Origin: an uncultured Sediminibacterium sp.
GTDB lineage: Bacteria; Bacteroidota; Bacteroidia; Chitinophagales; Chitinophagaceae
Direction: 5' to 3'
Length of the DNA stretch: 64,000 bases
Assembly: GCA_937911175.1 (NCBI GenBank)
Contig: CALDSE010000028.1
Coordinates: 16,930-80,929 of the forward strand
Positions 1 through 8,137 of this stretch are shown here, piece by piece (the stretch's first letter is position 1; each line of letters starts with the position of its first letter). Position numbers and translations under genes: made by a program. The notes beneath the pieces were generated by a model that saw nothing but the letters and a program-made list of their open reading frames with translations, was not told where the DNA came from and did no database searches.

Positions 1-1634
1 GATTTTGTGTTATCTGTTACATTAAAATTTGTATTATAATAATTTGTAGTAGTGAACTGAGGGCCATGGCTTAAGATAGAACCGCTTTTAGGAAAAAACA
101 AGCGTGTAATACTTGGCATAAACTTGATATAATTATTTCTTGGAATATAGCCAACTTCTGCATTGTAATTATTGCCTACCACTTCGTGCTGCCAAGAAAT
201 AATCCAGTTTCTACTACTATATTGTAAATTACCTGCGTTTAAAAAATCTTTTCCTGATTTATTAGGTGTAAAGGATTTGATTAAAATAGTTTTTCCTGAC
301 CAAATATTATTTTTTGGAGCAAGGTTAAATTCAAAACCAAAGTTTCTATTATACGGGTTGCCTATAGCGTTAGTATTAGTGGGAGTGATAGTTTGTTGTG
401 CTGGATAATTAAAGGCAGTCTTGTCAATATAAAATAATTCAATATTAGATTTTTTAAATAATTTTCTTTGTAAGGCAACTACTGCAAAATTTTGTGCTAA
501 TAAATTTTTAGACTCATCCGCACTGGTTTTCATATCCATAATACCTATACGCCAATTCTTATTCACTCTACCACTCATTCTAGCACCAAAATCAATATTG
601 GTATTCAAGCCAATTCTTCTAGAGAAAAAGGGGCGTACATTTTCAAAACCTAAATTAGAAAATAAATCTGCGTTCTCTAAAAAAAATTGTCTTCTCTCTG
701 GGAAGAATAATTCAAAACGACTTAGATTGGTTACTTGTCTATCTACTTCTACTTGAGAGAAGTCGGGGTTCACTGTTAAGTCTAAATTTAAAGAAGACGA
801 CAAACTAATTTTTGCATCTAAGCCGTAAGCGCTTCTATTCACAGAAGCCTGGTTAATTTTTGTACCATCATTTGTCGCAAATTCTTTTGAAACACTAGAC
901 CTAAAATAAGGAATGAGCGAAAAATTATTTTTTTGTGCTGGAAGTGGTGCATCCCAAACCAGCGATCCAGTATAAGCTAATGCGGCAGTAGGGAATTGTC
1001 TTGGCACAGGAGCCCAGCTAGACTTCTCTGTTGTTTTTAAATCGTTTCTACTAAAGTTTACTCCCCATTCTTGAACACCTGATTTATACCTAATAGATTT
1101 AAAAGGAATGGCTGCTTCCAAAACATATTTTGAACTGTCATTATAAATAGCAGAGGTCCATTTATTATCCCAGTTTAAATCTACAGAACCTCCATCAAAC
1201 ATAGTACCATCCCATTGGGCACCCACTGCACTGGCGCCAAATGCAAAACCATTGGTTAAATCACCATAGGTGTCCATGAACATAATGAAATTATCATTTT
1301 TGCCAAAGTTCCAATCTCTTTTCAAAGACTCTATCATATCCACGCCGTCACCCACCTTGGTACAAATAGCAATAATGTATAAATTATTTTCATCGTAAGT
1401 CATTCTTACTTCGGTGGGTACATTAGAAACACTAGTGTCCATAGGAAGCACCATTGGAAATTTATCTACAGCCTGCGCCTTTAACCAGGACTGCTCATTC
1501 ATTAGGCCATCTAACTTTATTGCATCCGTTGCTTTGTGAATGTAATATTTAATGTTAGCGTTCTTTTTTTGTGCCTGTGTTGTTAGAAATCCAAGTATGC
1601 ATAATAATAAAAAGGAAAGTCGAAATAGTTTCAA
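1..1634 (-). CDS. DUF5916 / CBM9-like domain secreted protein (partial; C-terminus lies beyond window start)
   Basis: Absent from the ORF track because it is truncated. My minus-strand translation from a TTG at 1634 gives signal peptide MKLFRLSFLLLCILGFLTTQAQ. I checked the frame codon by codon only for roughly the first 80 codons; the rest was read less carefully and appeared open to position 1. It contains NPDFSQVEVD and FFPERRQFFLENADLF, motifs I associate with DUF5916. Plus-strand ORF 172..408 is antisense noise. Confidence 0.6.
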   Translation of the reverse strand, partial: MKLFRLSFLLLCILGFLTTQAQKKNANIKYYIHKATDAIKLDGLMNEQSWLKAQAVDKFPMVLPMDTSVSNVPTEVRMTYDENNLYIIAICTKVGDGVDMIESLKRDWNFGKNDNFIMFMDTYGDLTNGFAFGASAVGAQWDGTMFDGGSVDLNWDNKWTSAIYNDSSKYVLEAAIPFKSIRYKSGVQEWGVNFSRNDLKTTEKSSWAPVPRQFPTAALAYTGSLVWDAPLPAQKNNFSLIPYFRSSVSKEFATNDGTKINQASVNRSAYGLDAKISLSSSLNLDLTVNPDFSQVEVDRQVTNLSRFELFFPERRQFFLENADLFSNLGFENVRPFFSRRIGLNTNIDFGARMSGRVNKNWRIGIMDMKTSADESKNLLAQNFAVVALQRKLFKKSNIELFYIDKTAFNYPAQQTITPTNTNAIGNPYNRNFGFEFNLAPKNNIWSGKTILIKSFTPNKSGKDFLNAGNLQYSSRNWIISWQHEVVGNNYNAEVGYIPRNNYIKFMPSITRLFFPKSGSILSHGPQFTTTNYYNTNFNVTDNTK

Positions 1635-1763
1635 TGTAAGCTAGTTTATGGTTTGAATGGGTAAGGTCTGGCCTTATAATGGATTGCTAAATTTAAAGTT
1701 TTTAATTTATTAAAATGTAATATCTTTAATACCACTTATGTAAAACATTTTAAATTGTATACT

Positions 1764-3020
1764 ATGTCAGTCAATAGAAGAAAATTTTTAACAGTATCGG
1801 CGCTTACAGCCGGCGGTTTAGGTTTGAGCAGTTCTATATTTGGAAGACAGCATGATGAAAAAGAGAGTCCTCAAGTAGCTGGCATAGTGCCTATTTCAGT
1901 AGCGGAACGAAAAGCAAGAATTGCAAAAGCACAGGAATTGATGTCCCAAAATAAAATGGATGCTATATTTTTAGAGGGCACCCCTTCTTGTTTTTATTTT
2001 ACTGGCATGCGTTGGGGCCTCAGCGAAAGAACCTTCGGAGTGGTTATTCCTGCAAAGGGAGCACTGGTTTATGTTTGCCCAAAATTTGAAGAAGATAGAG
2101 CTAGAGAATTAATACTACCTGCTTTTGGAGAAGAAGTTCGTTGTTGGGAAGAACACGAAAGCCCATATGCGGTCATTGTAGGTATTGTAAAAGATAGAGG
2201 GGTTCAACATCATAGCATTGGAATGGAAGAAAGGGTAAGATTTTTTATTGCCGATGGCGTAAAAAAAGAAGCTGCTGGATTTGAAGTAGTAGATGCAACG
2301 CCTATAACTGCTGGATGTAGAATGATAAAATCACCTGCAGAAATTGCACTGATGCAAAAAGCAAGTGATATTACCATTGAAGCCTATAAAGCTGCTTTTG
2401 CAACTATTGTTCCAGGCATGTCACAAACATTATTAAGTAATAATATTTCAGCTGCCTTTAGAAAATTAGGATTTAGTGGAGGCGCCTCTGTACAAATAGG
2501 AAAATATTCGGCCCTACCTCATGGAAGTATAACTCCTCAAACTATTAAAGAAGGAGATGTGGTAATGATAGATGGAGGCACTAGTTGTGAAGGCTATGCT
2601 TCTGATATTACGAGAACCGTTGTGGCAGGCAAACCTACACAAAGACAAATAGATGTTTGGAATTTAGAAAAGCAAGCACAGGACGCCGCTTTTGCTGCTA
2701 TAAAAATTGGAGCCCCTTGTGAACAAGTAGATGCTGCAGCAAGAGCAGTGATTGAAAAAGGAGGCTTTAGCACCAATTATAAATTACCAGGGCTACCGCA
2801 TAGAACTGGCCATGGTATTGGATTAGAGGGACATGAGTGGACTAATTTTGTGAAAGGAAATAAAACGCCTATGGCAGTAGGTATGTGTTTTAGTGATGAA
2901 CCTACTATTTCTATTCCAGGAGAATTTGGCATTAGATTAGAAGACTGTCTTTATATCGCAGCAGAGGGTCCAAAGTTTTTTTCCAAACAAAGTATTTCGA
3001 TTGAAAAACCTTTTGGATAA
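1764..3020 (+). CDS. M24 family metallopeptidase (Xaa-Pro dipeptidase / aminopeptidase P-like), Tat-exported
   Basis: Twin-arginine signal MSVNRRKFLTVSALTAGGLG. M24 metal-ligand context DGGTSCEGYASDITRT and HRTGHGIGLEGHE. The ORF track starts at TTG 1755; ATG 1764 fits the Tat signal better. Confidence 0.85.
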   Translation: MSVNRRKFLTVSALTAGGLGLSSSIFGRQHDEKESPQVAGIVPISVAERKARIAKAQELMSQNKMDAIFLEGTPSCFYFTGMRWGLSERTFGVVIPAKGALVYVCPKFEEDRARELILPAFGEEVRCWEEHESPYAVIVGIVKDRGVQHHSIGMEERVRFFIADGVKKEAAGFEVVDATPITAGCRMIKSPAEIALMQKASDITIEAYKAAFATIVPGMSQTLLSNNISAAFRKLGFSGGASVQIGKYSALPHGSITPQTIKEGDVVMIDGGTSCEGYASDITRTVVAGKPTQRQIDVWNLEKQAQDAAFAAIKIGAPCEQVDAAARAVIEKGGFSTNYKLPGLPHRTGHGIGLEGHEWTNFVKGNKTPMAVGMCFSDEPTISIPGEFGIRLEDCLYIAAEGPKFFSKQSISIEKPFG

Positions 3021-3036
3021 TTTTTATGGTTAATTA

Positions 3037-4227
3037 TTAGTTTAGTTTTTGTAAAATGATATAAGCACTTGGTGTAGCAGGCCTTGAGGGACTTGCTTGC
3101 GCAGTGTTACCAGTTGCGGCAGTACTTATATTCTTTACACTAAAATATAGTTCTATATAATCGTTGTCGCCTAGGTCCACCAAATAATTACCAGTCAGTA
3201 AATTTTTAATATTACTTCCAGCAATATTAAAATTGGTATTAGTATTTACATAAGCCGATCCATTTCTTCTTATCCAAACACTTGCTTCATCTACCCCTAG
3301 ATCTGGTTTTATCATTTGAATAGAATATTGAACCCTATATACGCCTGCATGCAGTACTGTAATTTTACTGGCTTGTCCACTTGTATTGGGCTGTACTGAA
3401 ATATTATTTAATAATCCATTATAGGAAAATTTAATAGCAGTAGCGCTGGATACTGCGCTAGCTCCTTGTTTAGCGGTGTCGTAAAAACTTCCATAATCAT
3501 ACACTACAGACAAAGAAGCAATACTATTTATTCTATTAGATAGGCTAATAGTGTCTTTGCCACTTAATTTTAAATTGATGCGGTTGCTTAAAGAAAGGGT
3601 ATCTGCTTTTTTTAATTTATCATTAATAGCAGTTAAGGCTAGGTTGCTTATAGGTTTACTAGAATCGGGGGTATTATTTATTTTATCAATATTGTATAAG
3701 ATTTTTATATCTTTTAAATTATCGAGCCCCGTTCCTCCTTGTGAGATACCAATGATTCCGTTGATATTTTGCGCACCCACATTATCGGCATAAAAAGAGT
3801 AGGGCACATAATTTATTTTTTGCGTGCCCATATAAATAAAAGATAAATCGCCCACTGTATCAATTTCTATTTCTAAATATTTTTCTGCTATTGACCAGTT
3901 GATATTTTCAAATGGTCCCACTGCTACAATTTTATTAGTTCCATAAGCGCCTACCACAATGGTAAATAAACCTAGTACACTAGTGGTAATGGGTGTAATT
4001 TCTTGGTATTCAATTTTACTAGAAAGCGTATCGGCTTTAATGGATATTCTAATATTGATAGATTTATTAGCAAGTATATAGCCATTATTATCTCTAGCAA
4101 TGCCTTGAAAGTTAATACCCTTATTGGTTTGATTGGTTTGAGCGAAACCTTGATGGGTAATACTAGCTAGCAAAGCGCAATTTAAGAATATTAAAATTCG
4201 ATATAATTTCATTCGATACAATTTCAT
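3037..4227 (-). CDS. secreted tail-fibre-like protein with C-terminal BclA/C1q-TNF-like jelly-roll domain (hypothetical)
   Basis: Has a signal peptide and a central ISQGGTGLDNL motif typical of phage tail-fibre proteins. Contains the internal repeat LSLSNRIN twice. The C-terminal pattern AGVYRVQYSIQ...ASVWIRRNGSAYVNTN...LLTGNYLVDLGDNDYIELYF...AYIILQKL resembles the BclA C-terminal/C1q fold. Its start abuts the stop of the upstream gene (TAG-A-ATG). Confidence 0.55.
   Translation of the reverse strand: MKLYRMKLYRILIFLNCALLASITHQGFAQTNQTNKGINFQGIARDNNGYILANKSINIRISIKADTLSSKIEYQEITPITTSVLGLFTIVVGAYGTNKIVAVGPFENINWSIAEKYLEIEIDTVGDLSFIYMGTQKINYVPYSFYADNVGAQNINGIIGISQGGTGLDNLKDIKILYNIDKINNTPDSSKPISNLALTAINDKLKKADTLSLSNRINLKLSGKDTISLSNRINSIASLSVVYDYGSFYDTAKQGASAVSSATAIKFSYNGLLNNISVQPNTSGQASKITVLHAGVYRVQYSIQMIKPDLGVDEASVWIRRNGSAYVNTNTNFNIAGSNIKNLLTGNYLVDLGDNDYIELYFSVKNISTAATGNTAQASPSRPATPSAYIILQKLN
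4198..4227 (-). repeat. 15-bp tandem duplication spanning the start codon (ATGAAATTGTATCGA / ATGAAATTATATCGA)
   Basis: Units 4198-4212 and 4213-4227 differ at one base. They give the N-terminus MKLYR-MKLYR with two in-frame ATGs. Confidence 0.9.
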
Positions 4228-4228
4228 T

Positions 4229-4768
4229 CTATACTTTTATAATTTTTAAAATTTTAACTTGCGTAAATTTATTAGCCACAATATAGTGGATGCTTATAAA
4301 GTAAATACCCGTATTTGCCGAAGCGAATGATATACGTTTTGAAAAGTCTAGACCTGAATAAGGGCCTTCTATTTTTTGTATTTTGTTTCCATCACTATCT
4401 ACTATATTAATAAGTATAATATCAATACCAGCTTGCTTACAAGAAAGTAGTAAATAATTAGATACAGGGTTAGGGCCCCATTTTAATTTAAAATCAAAGG
4501 CCCCCGGCCTTATTAGCTCAGGATTAAGTAGTAAACTAGGCTGTAAAAATCCTATAGAAAAAACAATTTTATTTTTTGAACACCAATTTTGAATAGCAAA
4601 GGGTTCACCCAAACTCCAATCAAACATCCAATTATTATTTGCTTGATTTGTTGTAGAAGCTATATCTATTTTTCCTCCTGCAGTATTTATAATAGAGGGG
4701 TCTAAGACCTGAGCGTGCATAAAAAAGGACACAGATAAAAGACAGCAAATAAAATATATTTTTAGCAT
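4229..4768 (-). CDS. small secreted protein with T9SS type-A C-terminal sorting domain (hypothetical)
   Basis: Has a signal peptide. The N-terminal DWSLGE...IGFLQP motif is common in Bacteroidota surface proteins. The C-terminal WGPNPVSNYLLL...GIYFISI...VKILKI matches the Por/T9SS CTD pattern. Confidence 0.65.
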   Translation of the reverse strand: MLKIYFICCLLSVSFFMHAQVLDPSIINTAGGKIDIASTTNQANNNWMFDWSLGEPFAIQNWCSKNKIVFSIGFLQPSLLLNPELIRPGAFDFKLKWGPNPVSNYLLLSCKQAGIDIILINIVDSDGNKIQKIEGPYSGLDFSKRISFASANTGIYFISIHYIVANKFTQVKILKIIKV

Positions 4769-4793
4769 CTAATTTTTAACATCCAATTTTTAA
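4766..4793 (-). repeat. 14-bp tandem duplication of the translation start region (CATCTAATTTTTAA / CATCCAATTTTTAA on the plus strand)
   Basis: Units 4766-4779 and 4780-4793 differ at one base. The second copy creates an out-of-frame upstream ATG 14 nt before the real start. Confidence 0.85.
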
Positions 4794-5043
4794 TAGCCTT
4801 TGATTGGAAGGCTTTCAAAAATATTTTAATAAAAAGGTAAAATCCTATTTTGCCTACTTGAAAATAGGCTCAATTTTCAGCGCAAATAAGCGTCATTCAA
4901 GCATCCAATAATCTAAGGGTAATTTGCAGACAAAATATTGTAAATCAATGTTTTAGATTTTATACCTGCGCATGTATTCATGGCCCATAAAAAATCTTTC
5001 CCTTCACCCACCTTTTTTTGTAACTTAAATACAAATTATTAAT

Positions 5044-6669
5044 ATGAATAAGTATTTATTTTCAGCTAAAACATTTTTTGTACTCGCAATTGCATTGTTA
5101 TGTTCAATGCAAACAATGGCACAGAAAAAATACACCGAAAAAGATTTAGCTGCATTAAAGCAAACCCTTATGCAGTCTGTTGCTGGTAAGTCTAAGGACG
5201 TACAAGTGATGGTGGATCAAATTTTCAGTTTTGCCGAATTAGGATTTCAAGAAGTTGAAACTTCTAAATACATCACATCGGTTTTGACAAAAAACGGATT
5301 CACTGTAGAAAACGGCATTGCAAATATACCTACTGCTTGGATGGCCAAGTGGGGATCTGGTTCGCCAGTCATTGCATTAGGTAGTGATGTGGATTGTATT
5401 CCTAAAGCCTCTCAAAAACCAGGCGTAGCTTACAAAGCACCGATTGTTGAAGGCGCACCTGGTCATGGAGAAGGACATAATTCTGGACAAGCTGTGATCA
5501 TTTATGCAGCCATTGCAATGAAAGAATTAATGGAGCGTGAAAAATTACCAGGCACTATTTTAATTTGGCCTGGTATTGCCGAAGAGTTAGTGGGTACAAA
5601 AGCATGGTATGTGCGTGATGGTTATTTTAAAGATGTGGACGCATGTATTTTTACGCATGTGAGTGGTGATTTTAATTCTAGCTATGGTGATAATGGAGGC
5701 AATGGACTTGTGAGTGTGCGTTTTGATTTTGAAGGAGAAGCCGCACATGCTGCAGGTCAACCATGGAGAGCAAAAAGTGCATTGGACGCAGTAGAATTAA
5801 TGAATGTGGGATGGAATTTTAAAAGAGAGCATCTTAAGCCAACCAATAGATCGCACTATGTGATTGTAGATGGAGGTGACCAGCCCAATGTAGTTCCAAG
5901 TAAAGCAAGTGTATGGTATTATTTTAGAGAGCGTACCTATGAGGATATTAAAATGAATTATGAATCAGGTATCAAAATTGCAGAAGGCGCAGCAATGATG
6001 ACGAATACAAAAATGACGCATCAAATGTTAGGTACTGCATGGCCTGGTCATTTTAATAAACCACTTGCAGAAGCGATGTATGCAAATATTAAAAAAGTAG
6101 GTATGCCTACTTGGGATGAAAAAGATATTGCATTGGCGAAGGGTGTGCAAGCCTTGGTAGAAGCGCCAAAGAAAGACCAACAGGGCAATCCAATTGATGG
6201 TTTAAATTCTACGATTGATACTTTAAAAGGATCGGTTGCATTTTCTTGGGGTGGAGGATCAGATGATATTGCAGACATCTCATGGAACTTGCCAACCATT
6301 GTATTAAGGTTTCCAGCGAATATCCCAGGTACAAAAGGACACCATTGGGCAGATGCGATTGCAATGGCTACACCTATTGCGCACAAGGGATCTTTAGTGG
6401 GTGCAGAAGCCACAGCCATGACTTTATTAGACTTGTTTACCAAGCCTAGTTTAGTAGTAGATGCTAAAAAGTATTTTAAGGAAGTACAAACAAAAGAGAC
6501 TCAATACATTCCTTTCATTACTAAAAACGATCCTCCTGCCATTCATTTGAATAAAGAAATACAAGGTGCTTATAGAAGCCAACTTGAAAAATTCTATTAC
6601 GATCCAAGTAAGTTTGGAACTTATTTAGAGCAATTAGGCGTCACTTATCCAACGATTAAAAAACCTTAA
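5044..6669 (+). CDS. M20 family amidohydrolase/peptidase (AbgB-like), secreted
   Basis: Signal peptide ending MAQ. Contains the GHGEGHNSGQA metal-binding block and has the length and layout of M20D amidohydrolases. Confidence 0.75.
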   Translation: MNKYLFSAKTFFVLAIALLCSMQTMAQKKYTEKDLAALKQTLMQSVAGKSKDVQVMVDQIFSFAELGFQEVETSKYITSVLTKNGFTVENGIANIPTAWMAKWGSGSPVIALGSDVDCIPKASQKPGVAYKAPIVEGAPGHGEGHNSGQAVIIYAAIAMKELMEREKLPGTILIWPGIAEELVGTKAWYVRDGYFKDVDACIFTHVSGDFNSSYGDNGGNGLVSVRFDFEGEAAHAAGQPWRAKSALDAVELMNVGWNFKREHLKPTNRSHYVIVDGGDQPNVVPSKASVWYYFRERTYEDIKMNYESGIKIAEGAAMMTNTKMTHQMLGTAWPGHFNKPLAEAMYANIKKVGMPTWDEKDIALAKGVQALVEAPKKDQQGNPIDGLNSTIDTLKGSVAFSWGGGSDDIADISWNLPTIVLRFPANIPGTKGHHWADAIAMATPIAHKGSLVGAEATAMTLLDLFTKPSLVVDAKKYFKEVQTKETQYIPFITKNDPPAIHLNKEIQGAYRSQLEKFYYDPSKFGTYLEQLGVTYPTIKKP

Positions 6670-6717
6670 TAGTAATGACTTACTAATTGACTAGCAAAAT
6701 TTAAAAGGTATTTAATT

Positions 6718-6755
6718 AAAAAGTCCCTTCCGATTTATCGGAAGGGACTTTTTTT
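6718..6755. terminator. bidirectional intrinsic terminator
   Basis: Perfect stem AGTCCCTTCCGA / TCGGAAGGGACT (6722-6733 / 6738-6749) with loop TTTA. An A-run precedes it and a T-run follows. It lies between convergent genes. Confidence 0.85.
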
Positions 6756-6780
6756 AGGCGTGTATTTTTTTTAAACTTAA

Positions 6781-8073
6781 CTACGCTTTTTTAGCAATTT
6801 TTTCTATAGCATACACCAACTTATCTAAATCTTGTAGGCGTGTATATACATGTGGCGTAATACGCACACAACTAATATTTTCCCATACAATACCTACGGT
6901 ATGTATTTTATATTCATTAAATAAAGCATTGTCTAATGCGCCAGGGGTCATGCCATCAATACTTACGCCACAAATAGCGCAGGCGTATTCGTCTTTTAAA
7001 GAAGTATTAATTCTTACTTTAGGAATATTTTGAACGCGGGTGGCCCAATAATTTTTTAAATAACGAATACGCTCTTCTTTTCTTTTGCTACCAATAGCGG
7101 TGTGAAAATTAATCGCTTCGCCAATACCTTGTTCAATAGGAAAGCTTCTAGTACCAAGGGTTTCAAACTTTCTAATATCGGGTCCTTTCGGGTTATCGTT
7201 ACAAACCAGCGGCCAAATTTTTTCAATCTTTTCTTTTTTAATCCACAACATACCAGATCCAATAGGGGCCGATAAAAACTTATGAAGTGAGGCGCCGAAA
7301 TAATCACAACCTAAATCGGGAATCGCAAAATCCATTAATCCAAAACTATGCGCACCATCTACAATGGTTTCAATATTATGTTTTTTTGCTAAATCACATA
7401 ATTTTTTAACGGGCATGATTTGTCCCACCCAATTCACTACATGCGTAATATGAAATATTTTTGTTTTAGGCGTAATAGCTTTTTCAAAAGCAGCTACAAT
7501 TTCTTCATCGTTTTCAATCGGGTATTTAAAACTAAGTTGTGTATACACAATACCTTCTCTGGAAGCTCTCTGTCTCCAAGCATTAATCATATTAGGATAG
7601 TCTTGCTTGGTACCAATGACTTCATCACCTGCTTTTAAATTCAATCCGAAAATAACGGTATTCAATGCTTCTGTTGAATTTCTATTAATAGCAATTTCTT
7701 CAGGATCGCAACCTGCTAGTTGTGCTAGTTTATACCTCAATGGTTCTCTACCTTGATCTAGTATACGCCACATAAAAAAGGAAGGACCTTCGTTGGTCAT
7801 TTTATTAAAACCTTCAACCGCTTCTTGCACGATTTTTGGACTTGGACTTACACCGCCATTGTTTAAATTAATAAGAGAAGGGCTTACTGTATAGCCTTGT
7901 TGAATCACTGACCAGTAGTCTTCATCCATAGCTATCTCCTTGGGGCTGAGCATTTTCTTTTGCAAATTCATATGCGCAAATTCAGCTGCATGCGCTTGAT
8001 TGAATAAACTATTTGCTGAAAAGGCACCGGCCATCAGGCCTAAGTGTTGGATAAAATTGCGTCTGTTTGCCAT
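6781..8073 (-). CDS. class V aminotransferase-fold PLP enzyme (isopenicillin-N-epimerase / cysteine desulfurase-like) with Tat signal
   Basis: Twin-arginine signal MANRRNFIQHLGLMAGAF...AHA. Has the PLP-lysine context GASLHKFLSAP and the VDGAHS block. Confidence 0.75.
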   Translation of the reverse strand: MANRRNFIQHLGLMAGAFSANSLFNQAHAAEFAHMNLQKKMLSPKEIAMDEDYWSVIQQGYTVSPSLINLNNGGVSPSPKIVQEAVEGFNKMTNEGPSFFMWRILDQGREPLRYKLAQLAGCDPEEIAINRNSTEALNTVIFGLNLKAGDEVIGTKQDYPNMINAWRQRASREGIVYTQLSFKYPIENDEEIVAAFEKAITPKTKIFHITHVVNWVGQIMPVKKLCDLAKKHNIETIVDGAHSFGLMDFAIPDLGCDYFGASLHKFLSAPIGSGMLWIKKEKIEKIWPLVCNDNPKGPDIRKFETLGTRSFPIEQGIGEAINFHTAIGSKRKEERIRYLKNYWATRVQNIPKVRINTSLKDEYACAICGVSIDGMTPGALDNALFNEYKIHTVGIVWENISCVRITPHVYTRLQDLDKLVYAIEKIAKKA

Positions 8074-8137
8074 AAGTGTATATTGAATAACTAAGTTAAC
8101 TAATTAATAGTATATTTAAAGTATAAATTTTTATTAT

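Noticed and set aside
172-408. 78-aa plus-strand ORF in the first 1.6 kb
   Set aside because: It lies antisense inside the long minus-strand DUF5916-like coding frame, which has a signal peptide and family motifs.
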